Positions 35,254 through 44,825 of a stretch of DNA of 64,000 nucleotides are shown here, in pieces. Under the pieces are notes generated by a model. That model saw only the letters and a program-made list of their open reading frames with translations. It was not told the DNA's origin and searched no databases. The translations under genes and the position numbers were made by a program. Numbering within the stretch: position 1 is the stretch's first letter; each line of letters starts with the position of its first letter. This DNA comes from Candidatus Methylacidiphilales bacterium (GTDB lineage Bacteria; Verrucomicrobiota; Verrucomicrobiia; Methylacidiphilales; Verrucolacustridaceae), in contig JBBAWA010000001.1 of NCBI GenBank assembly GCA_040397425.1, forward strand, positions 12,696-76,695, written 5' to 3'.

Positions 35254-35658
35254 ATGCCTCCTCTCTACGGTCGTGATGCCAACGGCAATGATGCCTATAT
35301 CAATGCGGCTGGGAGCGGCACGGCAGGTTCTCCGTATTCCACGGTGCATGATGCCGTGGCATTTGGCCTGCTGAGCGCTCAAGTTGATGGTGCGGCCAGC
35401 GCAGACGTAGTGACAGCCGTGAGCGGCTACAAGGTGCGAGTGCTGGGACTGGCCCTAACGGCTGATGCGCCGTGCTCTTTGCGGTTCCAGACGGGCGGAA
35501 GTGGCAATCTGACTCCACGGTTGCGAGTGCCTTCTGGCAGCACTATCACGATCAGTAACGACTTGGGACTTTTTGAGACCACGGCGGGCGACAAGTTGAA
35601 CGTGGTGCTGAGTGGTGCTGCCAATTATGGTGTTCTTTGCACCTACCGCTTGGTTTGA
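35254..35658 (+). CDS. Virion structural protein
   Basis: Beta-rich; VSGYKVRVLG, GLFET..G..LN; TGTTACAAT upstream (35224-35232). Confidence 0.7.
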   Translation: MPPLYGRDANGNDAYINAAGSGTAGSPYSTVHDAVAFGLLSAQVDGAASADVVTAVSGYKVRVLGLALTADAPCSLRFQTGGSGNLTPRLRVPSGSTITISNDLGLFETTAGDKLNVVLSGAANYGVLCTYRLV

Positions 35659-35660
35659 TT

Positions 35661-36365
35661 ATGAGCACCTTCCTGCCATTACGGGACATTCCGCAAATTG
35701 ACATCACGTTGTTTGAGCGTGATTACTTTGATGGCATTGGCTTTGTGTTGCAGGATGACAATGGAGACCCTATCGACCTTTCCAGTGCCACAATTTGTGC
35801 CTCAATTTATCAAACTACGGCTTCTGGAACCAGCAGCATTGTCACGTCGTTTAACGTGCAAAAGGAGGAGCCATTCACAAATGGAGCCTTGAACCTGTGG
35901 CTTTCGTCGACTCAAACGCAGACCGTATGGTCAGCCTATCAAGGTTACACGACTGGCAACTACCATTTGTTTGTTCCATCGGCTTATGCCAATGAGCAAA
36001 GCACAATGGAGCAAACCAACTTGACTTGGGACTTGCGAATTGAGGTGCCGGAGAAAGTAGCAGATCTTTTGGCCGTTGCTAGTGGTGTTTTTACGGCACA
36101 AACTGCGCCGCGCATTGGCTCTACAGATCGTTTGGCTTTTAGCGGCACCACATCCTCTGGATTGAATTGCAACTTCACCACCGCGAGCCCACTGTACTCT
36201 GGGGCCGCAAGCGTCAGCCAAGTGTCTCCCTATCGCTTTACCATTGCTTCTCTTTCTGGTACCACGAATAGTGCATTGGGCGGAGCTTTGTATAAGCTGA
36301 AGCAAGACACGGTTATAGTGGGAAAGATAGTGGTCGCACAGACCGTTTCTAACTGTTTTGCATAA
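35661..36365 (+). CDS. Virion structural protein (BppU-N-like start)
   Basis: LQDDNGDPIDLS.ATI.A.I...WDL pattern. Confidence 0.7.
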   Translation: MSTFLPLRDIPQIDITLFERDYFDGIGFVLQDDNGDPIDLSSATICASIYQTTASGTSSIVTSFNVQKEEPFTNGALNLWLSSTQTQTVWSAYQGYTTGNYHLFVPSAYANEQSTMEQTNLTWDLRIEVPEKVADLLAVASGVFTAQTAPRIGSTDRLAFSGTTSSGLNCNFTTASPLYSGAASVSQVSPYRFTIASLSGTTNSALGGALYKLKQDTVIVGKIVVAQTVSNCFA

Positions 36366-36367
36366 CC

Positions 36368-38110
36368 ATGGCTGATTTGAGGGAAGGCATTAGCGTTGTC
36401 ACGGTAGGAAGAACGACGCCCATCCCTCCAGGGCCTCAACCTGCCGCCAAGAGCCTTCCGGTGGTGCTGGCTACGGACACTGAGGCTGTGCCGGTGCGAG
36501 TGGCGAACCAGCAGATCACAGAGGTTTCGCTGAGCTTACTTGGCATTCCCCGCTCAGAGGTGGCGCTTGGCATCTTCGCTGATGTGACCACCTATGACAT
36601 TAACCCAAACGAATGGCAGAGCCGAGGTGGACTTGGCACCATTCCAGGTGGGGGAACCACCACGCATATTCCTGCTGAAAGCGCAGCCAAAGTCGCCTGT
36701 AGCGCTGCCACGATGCCACGCAATCAACTGCTGAGCAGCAAGCGCTTCTTCCGTTACCAGCCTGGCCGTGTGAGTAGCTCCACGTTTGGCGTGAGGATGA
36801 CGATTAGTGCTGACGGTGGTGACATTAAGAAGTGGGGATCATTTGACAGCAATGATGGTTACTACTTTGAAGTGCAGGGAGGCTCACAGACTGGCACCGA
36901 CAAGGAGACAAACTTTTATGTGGTGAGACGAACAAGCGCTTTTGCGTCTTACTCGACACTGGCGCCCAACACTGCCGCTGGAGAAATTGGCACGATTGGC
37001 AGCAGCCTGGTCATCAAGCGTGATGGTCTCACCTATGTTCATGCAGGGCTCTATGACGAAAGCCTGCGAGTGGCTGGCGGGACTGTCGGCAGCACCGTCA
37101 TTGAAACAGGCTCTGCGTTGTCCTTCTCTGTGCCTGCGGACTATCGCTACACCTATGAGTATCGAGTACCACGAAAGTATTTCTCCTCTGACCGCATGGA
37201 CGGTCTTACCAGCACTCAATACTATGCCGACGAAGCGCCTGGCAAGGCATCGTTTGGCCTGACGTTTGGTGGCACGGCGAGCGCTCCAATCCCCATTTAC
37301 ACCAATGGCGATACGGTGGAAGATGAGGATGGCAACGTAGTAGCCGATGAATCGCTCTGGGATTTGAACTTCTCACGAGTGACCATGTATAAGATTGAAT
37401 ACTCGTGGTACGGTGCCGTTGGTGCCAAGTTCTTAGCCTACGTTCCCGATAAGGATGATCCATCTCAGGCGCGATGGGTGGCCATTCACCACCTTCGCGT
37501 CAGCAATCAAATTATTACCCCGAGCCTGGGTAATCCCACGCTGCCTCTGAGTTACTACGTTCAGAAGCAAAGCAGCGCCAATGAAGTGGCGTTGTTTAAG
37601 TATGGTGCAAGTTACTACATTGACGGTGGCGACAAGGGGACTATTGTTGCCCGCTCCATCGCCAATTCTGTTGACCGCGCCATTACAATATCCGGCGAAG
37701 CGCTGATTGCGTTGCAGGTTAAGAATGCCATCAATTCCATTCGCAATCGGATGCAGGTATATCCCACTCGACTGAGCGTGGGGGTGAATGGAAGGGCCGT
37801 AGTTTCGCTGGTTAAGAATCCAACGCTCGTGTCCGGCGTCCCAACTTTTACTAGCGCCAATGCTTTGAGTCCAATCAACACTTTCATAGGCACCAGTGTT
37901 CCGACCGTCAGTGGCGGCACAACTGTTGCCACGTTCTATGCAGGCGATGGAGGGAACGAATACGACCTTTCGCCTTATTTTGCGTTTAACAAGGACTACC
38001 TTTCTTTCCCATTGGCCGCCACTTCTGGCGATACGCTGTATGTTTTTGTTCGTGGTGCTGCGGCTACTATTAGTGGCAGTGCTGCTATCACTTGGGAAGA
38101 GCAGGTGTGA
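36368..38110 (+). CDS. Virion structural protein, paralog A
   Basis: SKRFFRYQPGR, VTMYKIEYSWYGAVGA, YGASYYIDGGD. Confidence 0.8.
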   Translation: MADLREGISVVTVGRTTPIPPGPQPAAKSLPVVLATDTEAVPVRVANQQITEVSLSLLGIPRSEVALGIFADVTTYDINPNEWQSRGGLGTIPGGGTTTHIPAESAAKVACSAATMPRNQLLSSKRFFRYQPGRVSSSTFGVRMTISADGGDIKKWGSFDSNDGYYFEVQGGSQTGTDKETNFYVVRRTSAFASYSTLAPNTAAGEIGTIGSSLVIKRDGLTYVHAGLYDESLRVAGGTVGSTVIETGSALSFSVPADYRYTYEYRVPRKYFSSDRMDGLTSTQYYADEAPGKASFGLTFGGTASAPIPIYTNGDTVEDEDGNVVADESLWDLNFSRVTMYKIEYSWYGAVGAKFLAYVPDKDDPSQARWVAIHHLRVSNQIITPSLGNPTLPLSYYVQKQSSANEVALFKYGASYYIDGGDKGTIVARSIANSVDRAITISGEALIALQVKNAINSIRNRMQVYPTRLSVGVNGRAVVSLVKNPTLVSGVPTFTSANALSPINTFIGTSVPTVSGGTTVATFYAGDGGNEYDLSPYFAFNKDYLSFPLAATSGDTLYVFVRGAAATISGSAAITWEEQV

Positions 38111-40581
38111 CTGTTTCGGGATACTACCAAATTGCAGAAGATCAGCAGCCAGCAGGTTACGAGCTTGTTGACTCTGAACTGATTGACTTCACCACTGGCG
38201 ATACGCTTATCGACCTGGGCGATGGCCTGCCGCTAACTGGAGACACACAAGAAACCGTCATTAGCGCATCTGGAGCTTTTCCGGTAGCCCTGATGAACAG
38301 TGCTGCCATTCCAGTGGAGGTGGTGAACCAGTCGGTTAGCGAGGTGGAGATTGGCCTGCTGGGTGTCCCTAGGGCTGAAACAGCACTGGGCATTTTGGGA
38401 TTGGTCAACACCTATGGCTTAGACCCGTCTTTATGGGGACTTGCGCCAGGCGGCCTATCGTTGTATAAGTATTTCCGCGATCCAATCACTTGGACTTTTC
38501 AAGTCAAGGATGGCGTGGGGTATGGCTGGTTTGCACGACATCTTCCTAAGGAAGCGGCTTTACAGGTTTATGCTTTGCCTCCAGAGCAGAGCTACAAATA
38601 CCTAGAAGATGATGGTACTGGCCGGTATCCTGGAGGCTACACCGATGGGGTGATTACAAACTACATTGAAAGCAAGCGCACGTTCAGGTATCAGCCCGGT
38701 CGGATTACTGGTGTGACGATGGGCGTACGAATGTCCACTGATAGTAATTGGCCTGGAGAATCCATCTCCTGGGGGTGCCGCAATTCTTATGGTGATGGCT
38801 ATTACTTTAAGCTAGACAAGGGCACTGATTTGTATGTGGTCAGGGAATCACCGGGCCTACCAACACTTGTGGTGCCAAGGGAACAATGGAATGGCGATCC
38901 TGTCACTGTTGAGGCTGGCGATACGGGGTGGAATCTTGACGTGTCAAAAGTGACAATGTTCAAGATTGAGTTTGGCTGGTATGGCGCCATTGGAGCCACC
39001 TTGTTCGCCTATGTGCCTATTGACCATGACAATGCACGATGGGTGAAGTTACATTCATTTAGAGCAGAAAACCAGAACACTGTACCGAGCCTGAGAAGTC
39101 CGTATCTGAGGATTTTTATTCAGGCAACACAAACTGCGGGCGCAAGCACTCCGGCCTTTATTAACTTGTACGGCAGTAGCGTCTACATTGATGGTGGCGA
39201 TGATGGCACACTACAAACCGCCAGTGCTTCAACACCAACGGCAGCAACAATCACCAATCAGGCTCGTTCAATTATTGGCCTACTGCCTGCCACTAGGATC
39301 AATGACATCCCGAATCAGAAAACACTATTCCCGACATCGCTATCATTTTCCTCCGACTTGTCGGCCAGGCTTGATCTGATGGTCGTGAATCCTGGAATTG
39401 GCAATAGTGAAAGCTATGGCTATGGCTATGGTACGACGATTAGCCGCCCTGCCGCAAGTGGTTTTGCAGTGGTGCGCACTAACGCCACCACGTTGACTGG
39501 TGTAATCCCTACTGGGCTGCCATTTACGCCAGCCACTACCCATGGCTATTTGTATTCTGGCTATCCAGTGAAAGTGGTAGCTAGTGGGCTGAACAACTAT
39601 TTTGCCACCACGCTAAACGCCACGACGATTGGCACCAATCGCAATGTGCCAGCAGGTATCACATCTGTTGCCTTGGCCGGTTTTGATGCCTATGCCATTG
39701 GCAGTAATACTGAAATTGTGAGTGGCGATGGAGTGGACCTAGGGGGTTCTAGGCAATATACTGGCAAGCTCTACTTCACTCGGCCCAGTGGCAATACTGG
39801 CGGCATCTATTGGCGTCTTGGGCTGTGGTTAAATGCCAGTGGTACTTACCTGCCGGGAGTGTCCACTGTTTCTTGGCTTGTCACGGCTTTCCCTGGTATT
39901 GACTACACGCTTTCTGGCGAAGAGATTGGGGAGGTGGCATTACCACCAGAAACCTTCCGGCAAGTTGGTTTCTCGATTGTTGAAAGCGGAGGCGTGGCGA
40001 CCGTGCAGGGGCGACTGTTCCGACAGTTGGCTGCATCTCCTCCTCCGGTTACGATTACAGGCTCACCATTCCCTATAAAGGTCGTAGCCGAACTCTACCC
40101 TGGATCTTCACTGAGCGACGTGGTTCTGTCTATGGCTGCCATGCCAGACGGCTACTTGGGGCTGGCCGGAGAAGATTTCGCCAATACCTATGATCGCTTT
40201 GCTGTGGTGCCAGGATCAGGGCGAACTTTAGCCATTTCGGGCTGGACGACAAGTGGCAATATCACTCAATCCGCTGTTGGTGGAGCCAATTATGTTGCCA
40301 ACAAGTTTGAAACGCCACTAAATCTTCCCTTGACTGGCGCCCTCGTGGACCTGCAAGGGCGCCGCACGCCCTACAGCCTCTCTTCCATCGCATCGTTCTT
40401 TGCCGCCAGTGGAGAGAGCCGTACTGTGCCATTGTCGCCCTATTTTGGCCCGGACAAAGCATTCCTTGCTGGCGGCGCTGACACTCCTTATGGCCTGGGG
40501 GCATTGTTCGTTGTGGCCTCTGCGAGAGCGTCGGGCCAGACTGGTAATGTATTTGCATCAATTAACTGGAGCGAACAATGA
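38107..40581 (+). CDS. Virion structural protein, paralog B
   Basis: SKRTFRYQPGR, VTMFKIEFGWYGAIGA, YGSSVYIDGGD; ends W.EQ like paralog A. Confidence 0.8.
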   Translation: MTVSGYYQIAEDQQPAGYELVDSELIDFTTGDTLIDLGDGLPLTGDTQETVISASGAFPVALMNSAAIPVEVVNQSVSEVEIGLLGVPRAETALGILGLVNTYGLDPSLWGLAPGGLSLYKYFRDPITWTFQVKDGVGYGWFARHLPKEAALQVYALPPEQSYKYLEDDGTGRYPGGYTDGVITNYIESKRTFRYQPGRITGVTMGVRMSTDSNWPGESISWGCRNSYGDGYYFKLDKGTDLYVVRESPGLPTLVVPREQWNGDPVTVEAGDTGWNLDVSKVTMFKIEFGWYGAIGATLFAYVPIDHDNARWVKLHSFRAENQNTVPSLRSPYLRIFIQATQTAGASTPAFINLYGSSVYIDGGDDGTLQTASASTPTAATITNQARSIIGLLPATRINDIPNQKTLFPTSLSFSSDLSARLDLMVVNPGIGNSESYGYGYGTTISRPAASGFAVVRTNATTLTGVIPTGLPFTPATTHGYLYSGYPVKVVASGLNNYFATTLNATTIGTNRNVPAGITSVALAGFDAYAIGSNTEIVSGDGVDLGGSRQYTGKLYFTRPSGNTGGIYWRLGLWLNASGTYLPGVSTVSWLVTAFPGIDYTLSGEEIGEVALPPETFRQVGFSIVESGGVATVQGRLFRQLAASPPPVTITGSPFPIKVVAELYPGSSLSDVVLSMAAMPDGYLGLAGEDFANTYDRFAVVPGSGRTLAISGWTTSGNITQSAVGGANYVANKFETPLNLPLTGALVDLQGRRTPYSLSSIASFFAASGESRTVPLSPYFGPDKAFLAGGADTPYGLGALFVVASARASGQTGNVFASINWSEQ

Positions 40582-41783
40582 CACTTCCTGGCTTAGTTCG
40601 GGCTAACAATTTATCTGACCTCACCAATGTCAGTGAGGCGTGGGACAATCTAGCCCAAGATCTTGACTATTCATACAATGCGCAGAGAGCTAATTACGTT
40701 AACAATTCTGCCGTAATTCGGCAGGACGAAAAAAGTAACGTGACAGTGGTGCAAGTCAGTGGTATTCCATTGAGCTATGGCGGGCAGTATGTCTATAAGG
40801 TCACGGAACAGGCTGGCACTGCAATTCCTTTCCCGTTGAGTTATCTTCGCGCTGCGACAACAAGTGCAAATTATGCAAACCTTGACTGGCGACTTAATGT
40901 AAGCAATGGGCCGGTAGTGGGATCAATTTTGCTCAAGGCAGGCACGCATAGCTTTGTTGGCATGGCGTTGCGACCTGGGAATGGTGGCAACTTCTTCAAG
41001 GACACCAACTATCCCTTTTTTGGTATTGACTTGCTTACGGGCAATCGCCAAGATTGCTTTGGTAACGGCAAGCCTTATGAAATTATGGGAGCCGTAGAAG
41101 AGGATGACGGATGGTGGCGAGTGTCTATGAGTAGCATTTGCCAGCAAGCGTATGGCACTGCTTCGATTGACTTAATCTTTTTGCAGCAGGGCAATTTAGC
41201 AGTGGTGCCCAATGCGTCATCCACTGATGGCAGCAAGTTCTTTTATGCGGCATTGCCACAGATTGAAACTGGCCACGAACCATCGCCAATCATTATCACA
41301 GTCAGTGAGCAGCCAGTATCACGAGCGACCGCTGCAACGTCGGCCAGTGGCTTGAGCTTTGGTGGAGAGGACATTAGCGCCATTCGTGGTCTAAGCAATG
41401 TTGGCACCACCAATCTTTTGCTGGCATCATCATTGCTCAGAGCAGCGCAACCACGCATTAGTCAACTTCAAGCGTCAGGCCAAGCGGCAGTTGCTTCGGG
41501 GGCTAATTGCCTGCCCATTGTTTCTCCGTCGTCTACTGGCAATTACGTCGTCAGCGGTCTTGTCGCCAGCGGCTATAGCGTCAATGGAAATGCAATCAAT
41601 ACCGTATCTGTTAGCCCTTTGTCTGGCACAACAGCCACTGTGCCACTGCAAGTTGATGGCCTCATTCCTCAGGCATGGAAGGCCGATACAGCATTTGCGT
41701 CAGGCAGTCTTTCGTCGCCAAGTCTTGCAATTCCCATTGAGTATGATGGTTTTTACGTGGCCATCGTTGTGGGGCAAGCATAA
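40578..41783 (+). CDS. Fibre / spike protein
   Basis: N-terminal GLVRANNLSDL; DGWWRVS and Q.E.G..PSP.I.T spike-type motifs. Confidence 0.75.
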   Translation: MTLPGLVRANNLSDLTNVSEAWDNLAQDLDYSYNAQRANYVNNSAVIRQDEKSNVTVVQVSGIPLSYGGQYVYKVTEQAGTAIPFPLSYLRAATTSANYANLDWRLNVSNGPVVGSILLKAGTHSFVGMALRPGNGGNFFKDTNYPFFGIDLLTGNRQDCFGNGKPYEIMGAVEEDDGWWRVSMSSICQQAYGTASIDLIFLQQGNLAVVPNASSTDGSKFFYAALPQIETGHEPSPIIITVSEQPVSRATAATSASGLSFGGEDISAIRGLSNVGTTNLLLASSLLRAAQPRISQLQASGQAAVASGANCLPIVSPSSTGNYVVSGLVASGYSVNGNAINTVSVSPLSGTTATVPLQVDGLIPQAWKADTAFASGSLSSPSLAIPIEYDGFYVAIVVGQA

Positions 41784-43129
41784 TGGCAAGACGCTATGGA
41801 CTGAGAGCCAGTTCTAATCTTGCAGACGTTGCCAATAATACGCTTTGCGTTGAAAATCTCAACCTTCGTATTGCTGACTTTGTTTCCATTGCTGGCATCA
41901 GCGCTACTGGCGTTACTCCTAGCGATTTCGCTGCACTACAGGGGCTTCGTGCGCCACTAGAAGCTCAGATCACGGGGCTTGCCCCTATTGCTGCGGCGTC
42001 TCTATCGGGCCTGGCCTTGAAGGCCCTGCGGACTGGAGATTACATCAGTGGCACGCTCACCGTTAATGGGATTGTCTCTGGGGACCGGGCCTTCATTCGC
42101 ACCACTGGCAGTGGGGCTGTCTACAGTGCTGCATCAGGGAGTTTCTTTTCGCCCATTAGTGGCAGTACGTTTTCCGGCGGTGGTTTTTACCTTTCCGGCC
42201 CAACACGGATTAGCGGCCTCAACACTGGCAGTGGCTTAGGCAACTACACTGGCACCACTTTTACATGGCAGCCTCATTACGAAGACTACAAAGTGTATCA
42301 ACGCATCACCAATAGCTCTGACACTCTTTTCGCTATTCGCACCAAATTACCTCCTCCGACTGTTTTTAGTGGCTGCCAACTGTGGCTTGATGCTGAGAAA
42401 AGTTCGGTTTCGTACTTTGCAGCCAATCGGATTAGCCAATGGAATAGCCTGATTAGTGGTGGACCAAGCGCAGCGCAATTAACAAGCGGCAATGCTCCGT
42501 ACTATCTGGTTTCTGGCATTGTTGACAGCGGCATCCTAAAACCCGGCATCAACTTTACCGGCACTGACTTTTTCTCTTTAGGCTCACTTGGCGGCTTCTT
42601 CCCTGATGAGGCCACGGTCGTTGTCATGGCACAAGTTGAAGATGCAGACTACTGCTTGCTAAGTAACAACTCAAGCAATGCTGGACGCTGGCGCACCACT
42701 TTGGGCAATGGCACTTGGCCGCTATTTTGCACTTCCCCCATTGATCGTTTCCCTGCCATCATGCCTGCCAATGGCACATTTGCGTTTGGTATTAGAGCAT
42801 CACAAGCCTACGGGCTAGAGATTAGGAGCAATGGGCAGCGGTTAGATTATGTCGCGCCATCAGGTTTTGCATATCAAGCCAGTGGAGAATACCTGCTAGG
42901 CACTGCTCCTGGTGGCGCCGGACGTTTCGGTGGAAAGGTGTTCGCCGTGGTGGCCTTTAATCGAGTGCTGCCCGATAGGGAATTGCGCACCGTGGAGGAG
43001 TATTGCTTGTGGCGCTATAATTCAGTCTATAACCCTGATGCCACGCAAACTTTGCAGTTAGAGGATGGTTCTTTCCTGCAACTTGAAACTGCATCGGGTA
43101 CCACTGATTTCGTTGTAGATCTAGGCTGA
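41783..43129 (+). CDS. Fibre protein with LamG/concanavalin-like domain
   Basis: GLRASSNLADV; LWLDA, SQW, G....V.FNR.L...E...VE.Y..W.Y. Confidence 0.78.
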   Translation: MARRYGLRASSNLADVANNTLCVENLNLRIADFVSIAGISATGVTPSDFAALQGLRAPLEAQITGLAPIAAASLSGLALKALRTGDYISGTLTVNGIVSGDRAFIRTTGSGAVYSAASGSFFSPISGSTFSGGGFYLSGPTRISGLNTGSGLGNYTGTTFTWQPHYEDYKVYQRITNSSDTLFAIRTKLPPPTVFSGCQLWLDAEKSSVSYFAANRISQWNSLISGGPSAAQLTSGNAPYYLVSGIVDSGILKPGINFTGTDFFSLGSLGGFFPDEATVVVMAQVEDADYCLLSNNSSNAGRWRTTLGNGTWPLFCTSPIDRFPAIMPANGTFAFGIRASQAYGLEIRSNGQRLDYVAPSGFAYQASGEYLLGTAPGGAGRFGGKVFAVVAFNRVLPDRELRTVEEYCLWRYNSVYNPDATQTLQLEDGSFLQLETASGTTDFVVDLG

Positions 43130-43518
43130 TGACAAAACTGAGCCAACTAGCAGTGATTTCCGGCTCGGCATTAGCCGATAATGACCTGCTGTTTGTCAAT
43201 GATGTAAGTGATGCGTCATTACCGAGCAAGGCTTTAACGATTAGCGGCCTGAAGCAAGCGATTGCTTTGGCTTTTGTGGGCACCAATCCTGAGGACATTC
43301 CTCTCAATCAGCATCTTGGCGATCTTGCGTTTCTTGACACCTTCCAGCCCACGATTGTTAGTGGCCTTAACGTAAGCTCTGGCGTAGCCTCTAGCGGTGT
43401 TCGCACAGCCACCTTCACTGCCACTAATGCTCCAGGGGCTTCTAACGTCGTGGTAAGGCAATGGTTGCCAGTAGTGATCACTGGCGTCACTCATTACCTT
43501 CCATTGTTTGCCCCTTAA
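43129..43518 (+). CDS. Small fibre-associated protein
   Basis: KLSQL...DLLFV.D; GT.P..IPLNQHLG.LAF. Confidence 0.7.
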   Translation: MTKLSQLAVISGSALADNDLLFVNDVSDASLPSKALTISGLKQAIALAFVGTNPEDIPLNQHLGDLAFLDTFQPTIVSGLNVSSGVASSGVRTATFTATNAPGASNVVVRQWLPVVITGVTHYLPLFAP

Positions 43519-44825
43519 TGCCTGCTGGTTATCCTACGGTTAGGCCACTGCAAATGCTTGATTACGCAAATCAAGCAAAGATTGACTCGCGTTTTGTTTT
43601 TACGCGATCTACAACTGGCTCTTACATTGATGCTTCTGGCATTCAGCAAGTTGCCGGAGTCAATGAACCGCGACCATCGTACCATCCGCTAACGGGAGCT
43701 TATCAGGGCTTGCTCTTGGAAAGCGCAGGCACCAACTTGCTGCCATGGAGCAATGACATTACAGCGTCTGGCTGGTATTACGCTCCGCAAAATGGCACTA
43801 TTGGTTCAGGGTACACTGGTATTGGGGGGCTTCCCACGGCTTATCGCATCGCAGAAGGCAGTGTACCTGGGACATGGTTTATTGCCACTTCTGTTGCCAT
43901 TAGCGGCCAAACCGATTATGGAGTATCGGCATTTCTGAAAAGCAATGGCGTGAACCGTGGCTATTTGCAGTTTGTTGGTGTTGATGCAAGCGGAGTGGTG
44001 AAAGGCAATGTGGTGGTTTATTTTGACTTACGCCGAGAGCTTGTATTCCCAGAAAACTATGGCGTCAACACAAATACAGCGCTGCTAGAAAAACGCAAAA
44101 ATGGGTGGTTTCGCGTAGGGGGAACTGGCCCAATCGCATCCGGCGCGGTACTGGGAGTAGTGAACTTAGTGCTGCAACGTGACGATGGAAGCCTATTTTA
44201 TCAAGGGAATGGACAAGGCTTGCTGACAGATGGTTTTCAAGTGGATGGCAATGGCAGCAATGCCTACATTTCTTCGTTCATTGCCACGTCAGGAACGGCT
44301 CTTACTCGCGCTGCAGATGCCATAACAAGCGCCAGCAATCAACTTGATGATTGGTACGTTCAGAGCGGAGCTACTTTTTATCAAGATGCCTTGGTACTGA
44401 ATGACGACTTTTATGGCAGTGGGCGTTACATTTTTCAAGCCCTTACAGTCAGCACTTCAGCAAGAGCAGAATTACGCATTAACGCTGCCTCCAATGGAGC
44501 GCGAATCGCCGGAATAGTCGCTAGTGGCGCTGTTGCTGATTTTTCGATTGGTTCTTTTGCCCCTGGCAATGGCCTTGAATCATGGGAAGCGCCAGCATCA
44601 GGCTCCGGGACAAGCCGAACCATTGCCACTCGCTCTGCATTTAGCTTTTCTCCATCGGGACTTTTCTTGGCCTTTAATGGCCAATCTATTACAACGTCTG
44701 GCCTTGTTCCATCTGGCGTTAATCGACTTAGCTTACAGCCCGCCAATGCCGGGAAGGTTATTCTACGTCGTGCTACCATCTACCCACTGCTCACCAATAG
44801 TGAGGCGCTACTGTTAACACAATGA
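43518..44825 (+). CDS. Spike / fibre domain protein
   Basis: FTRSTTG.Y.D..G, GLLLE..GTNLL, NGW.R, SSFI.T.G...TRAAD. Confidence 0.8.
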   Translation: MPAGYPTVRPLQMLDYANQAKIDSRFVFTRSTTGSYIDASGIQQVAGVNEPRPSYHPLTGAYQGLLLESAGTNLLPWSNDITASGWYYAPQNGTIGSGYTGIGGLPTAYRIAEGSVPGTWFIATSVAISGQTDYGVSAFLKSNGVNRGYLQFVGVDASGVVKGNVVVYFDLRRELVFPENYGVNTNTALLEKRKNGWFRVGGTGPIASGAVLGVVNLVLQRDDGSLFYQGNGQGLLTDGFQVDGNGSNAYISSFIATSGTALTRAADAITSASNQLDDWYVQSGATFYQDALVLNDDFYGSGRYIFQALTVSTSARAELRINAASNGARIAGIVASGAVADFSIGSFAPGNGLESWEAPASGSGTSRTIATRSAFSFSPSGLFLAFNGQSITTSGLVPSGVNRLSLQPANAGKVILRRATIYPLLTNSEALLLTQ

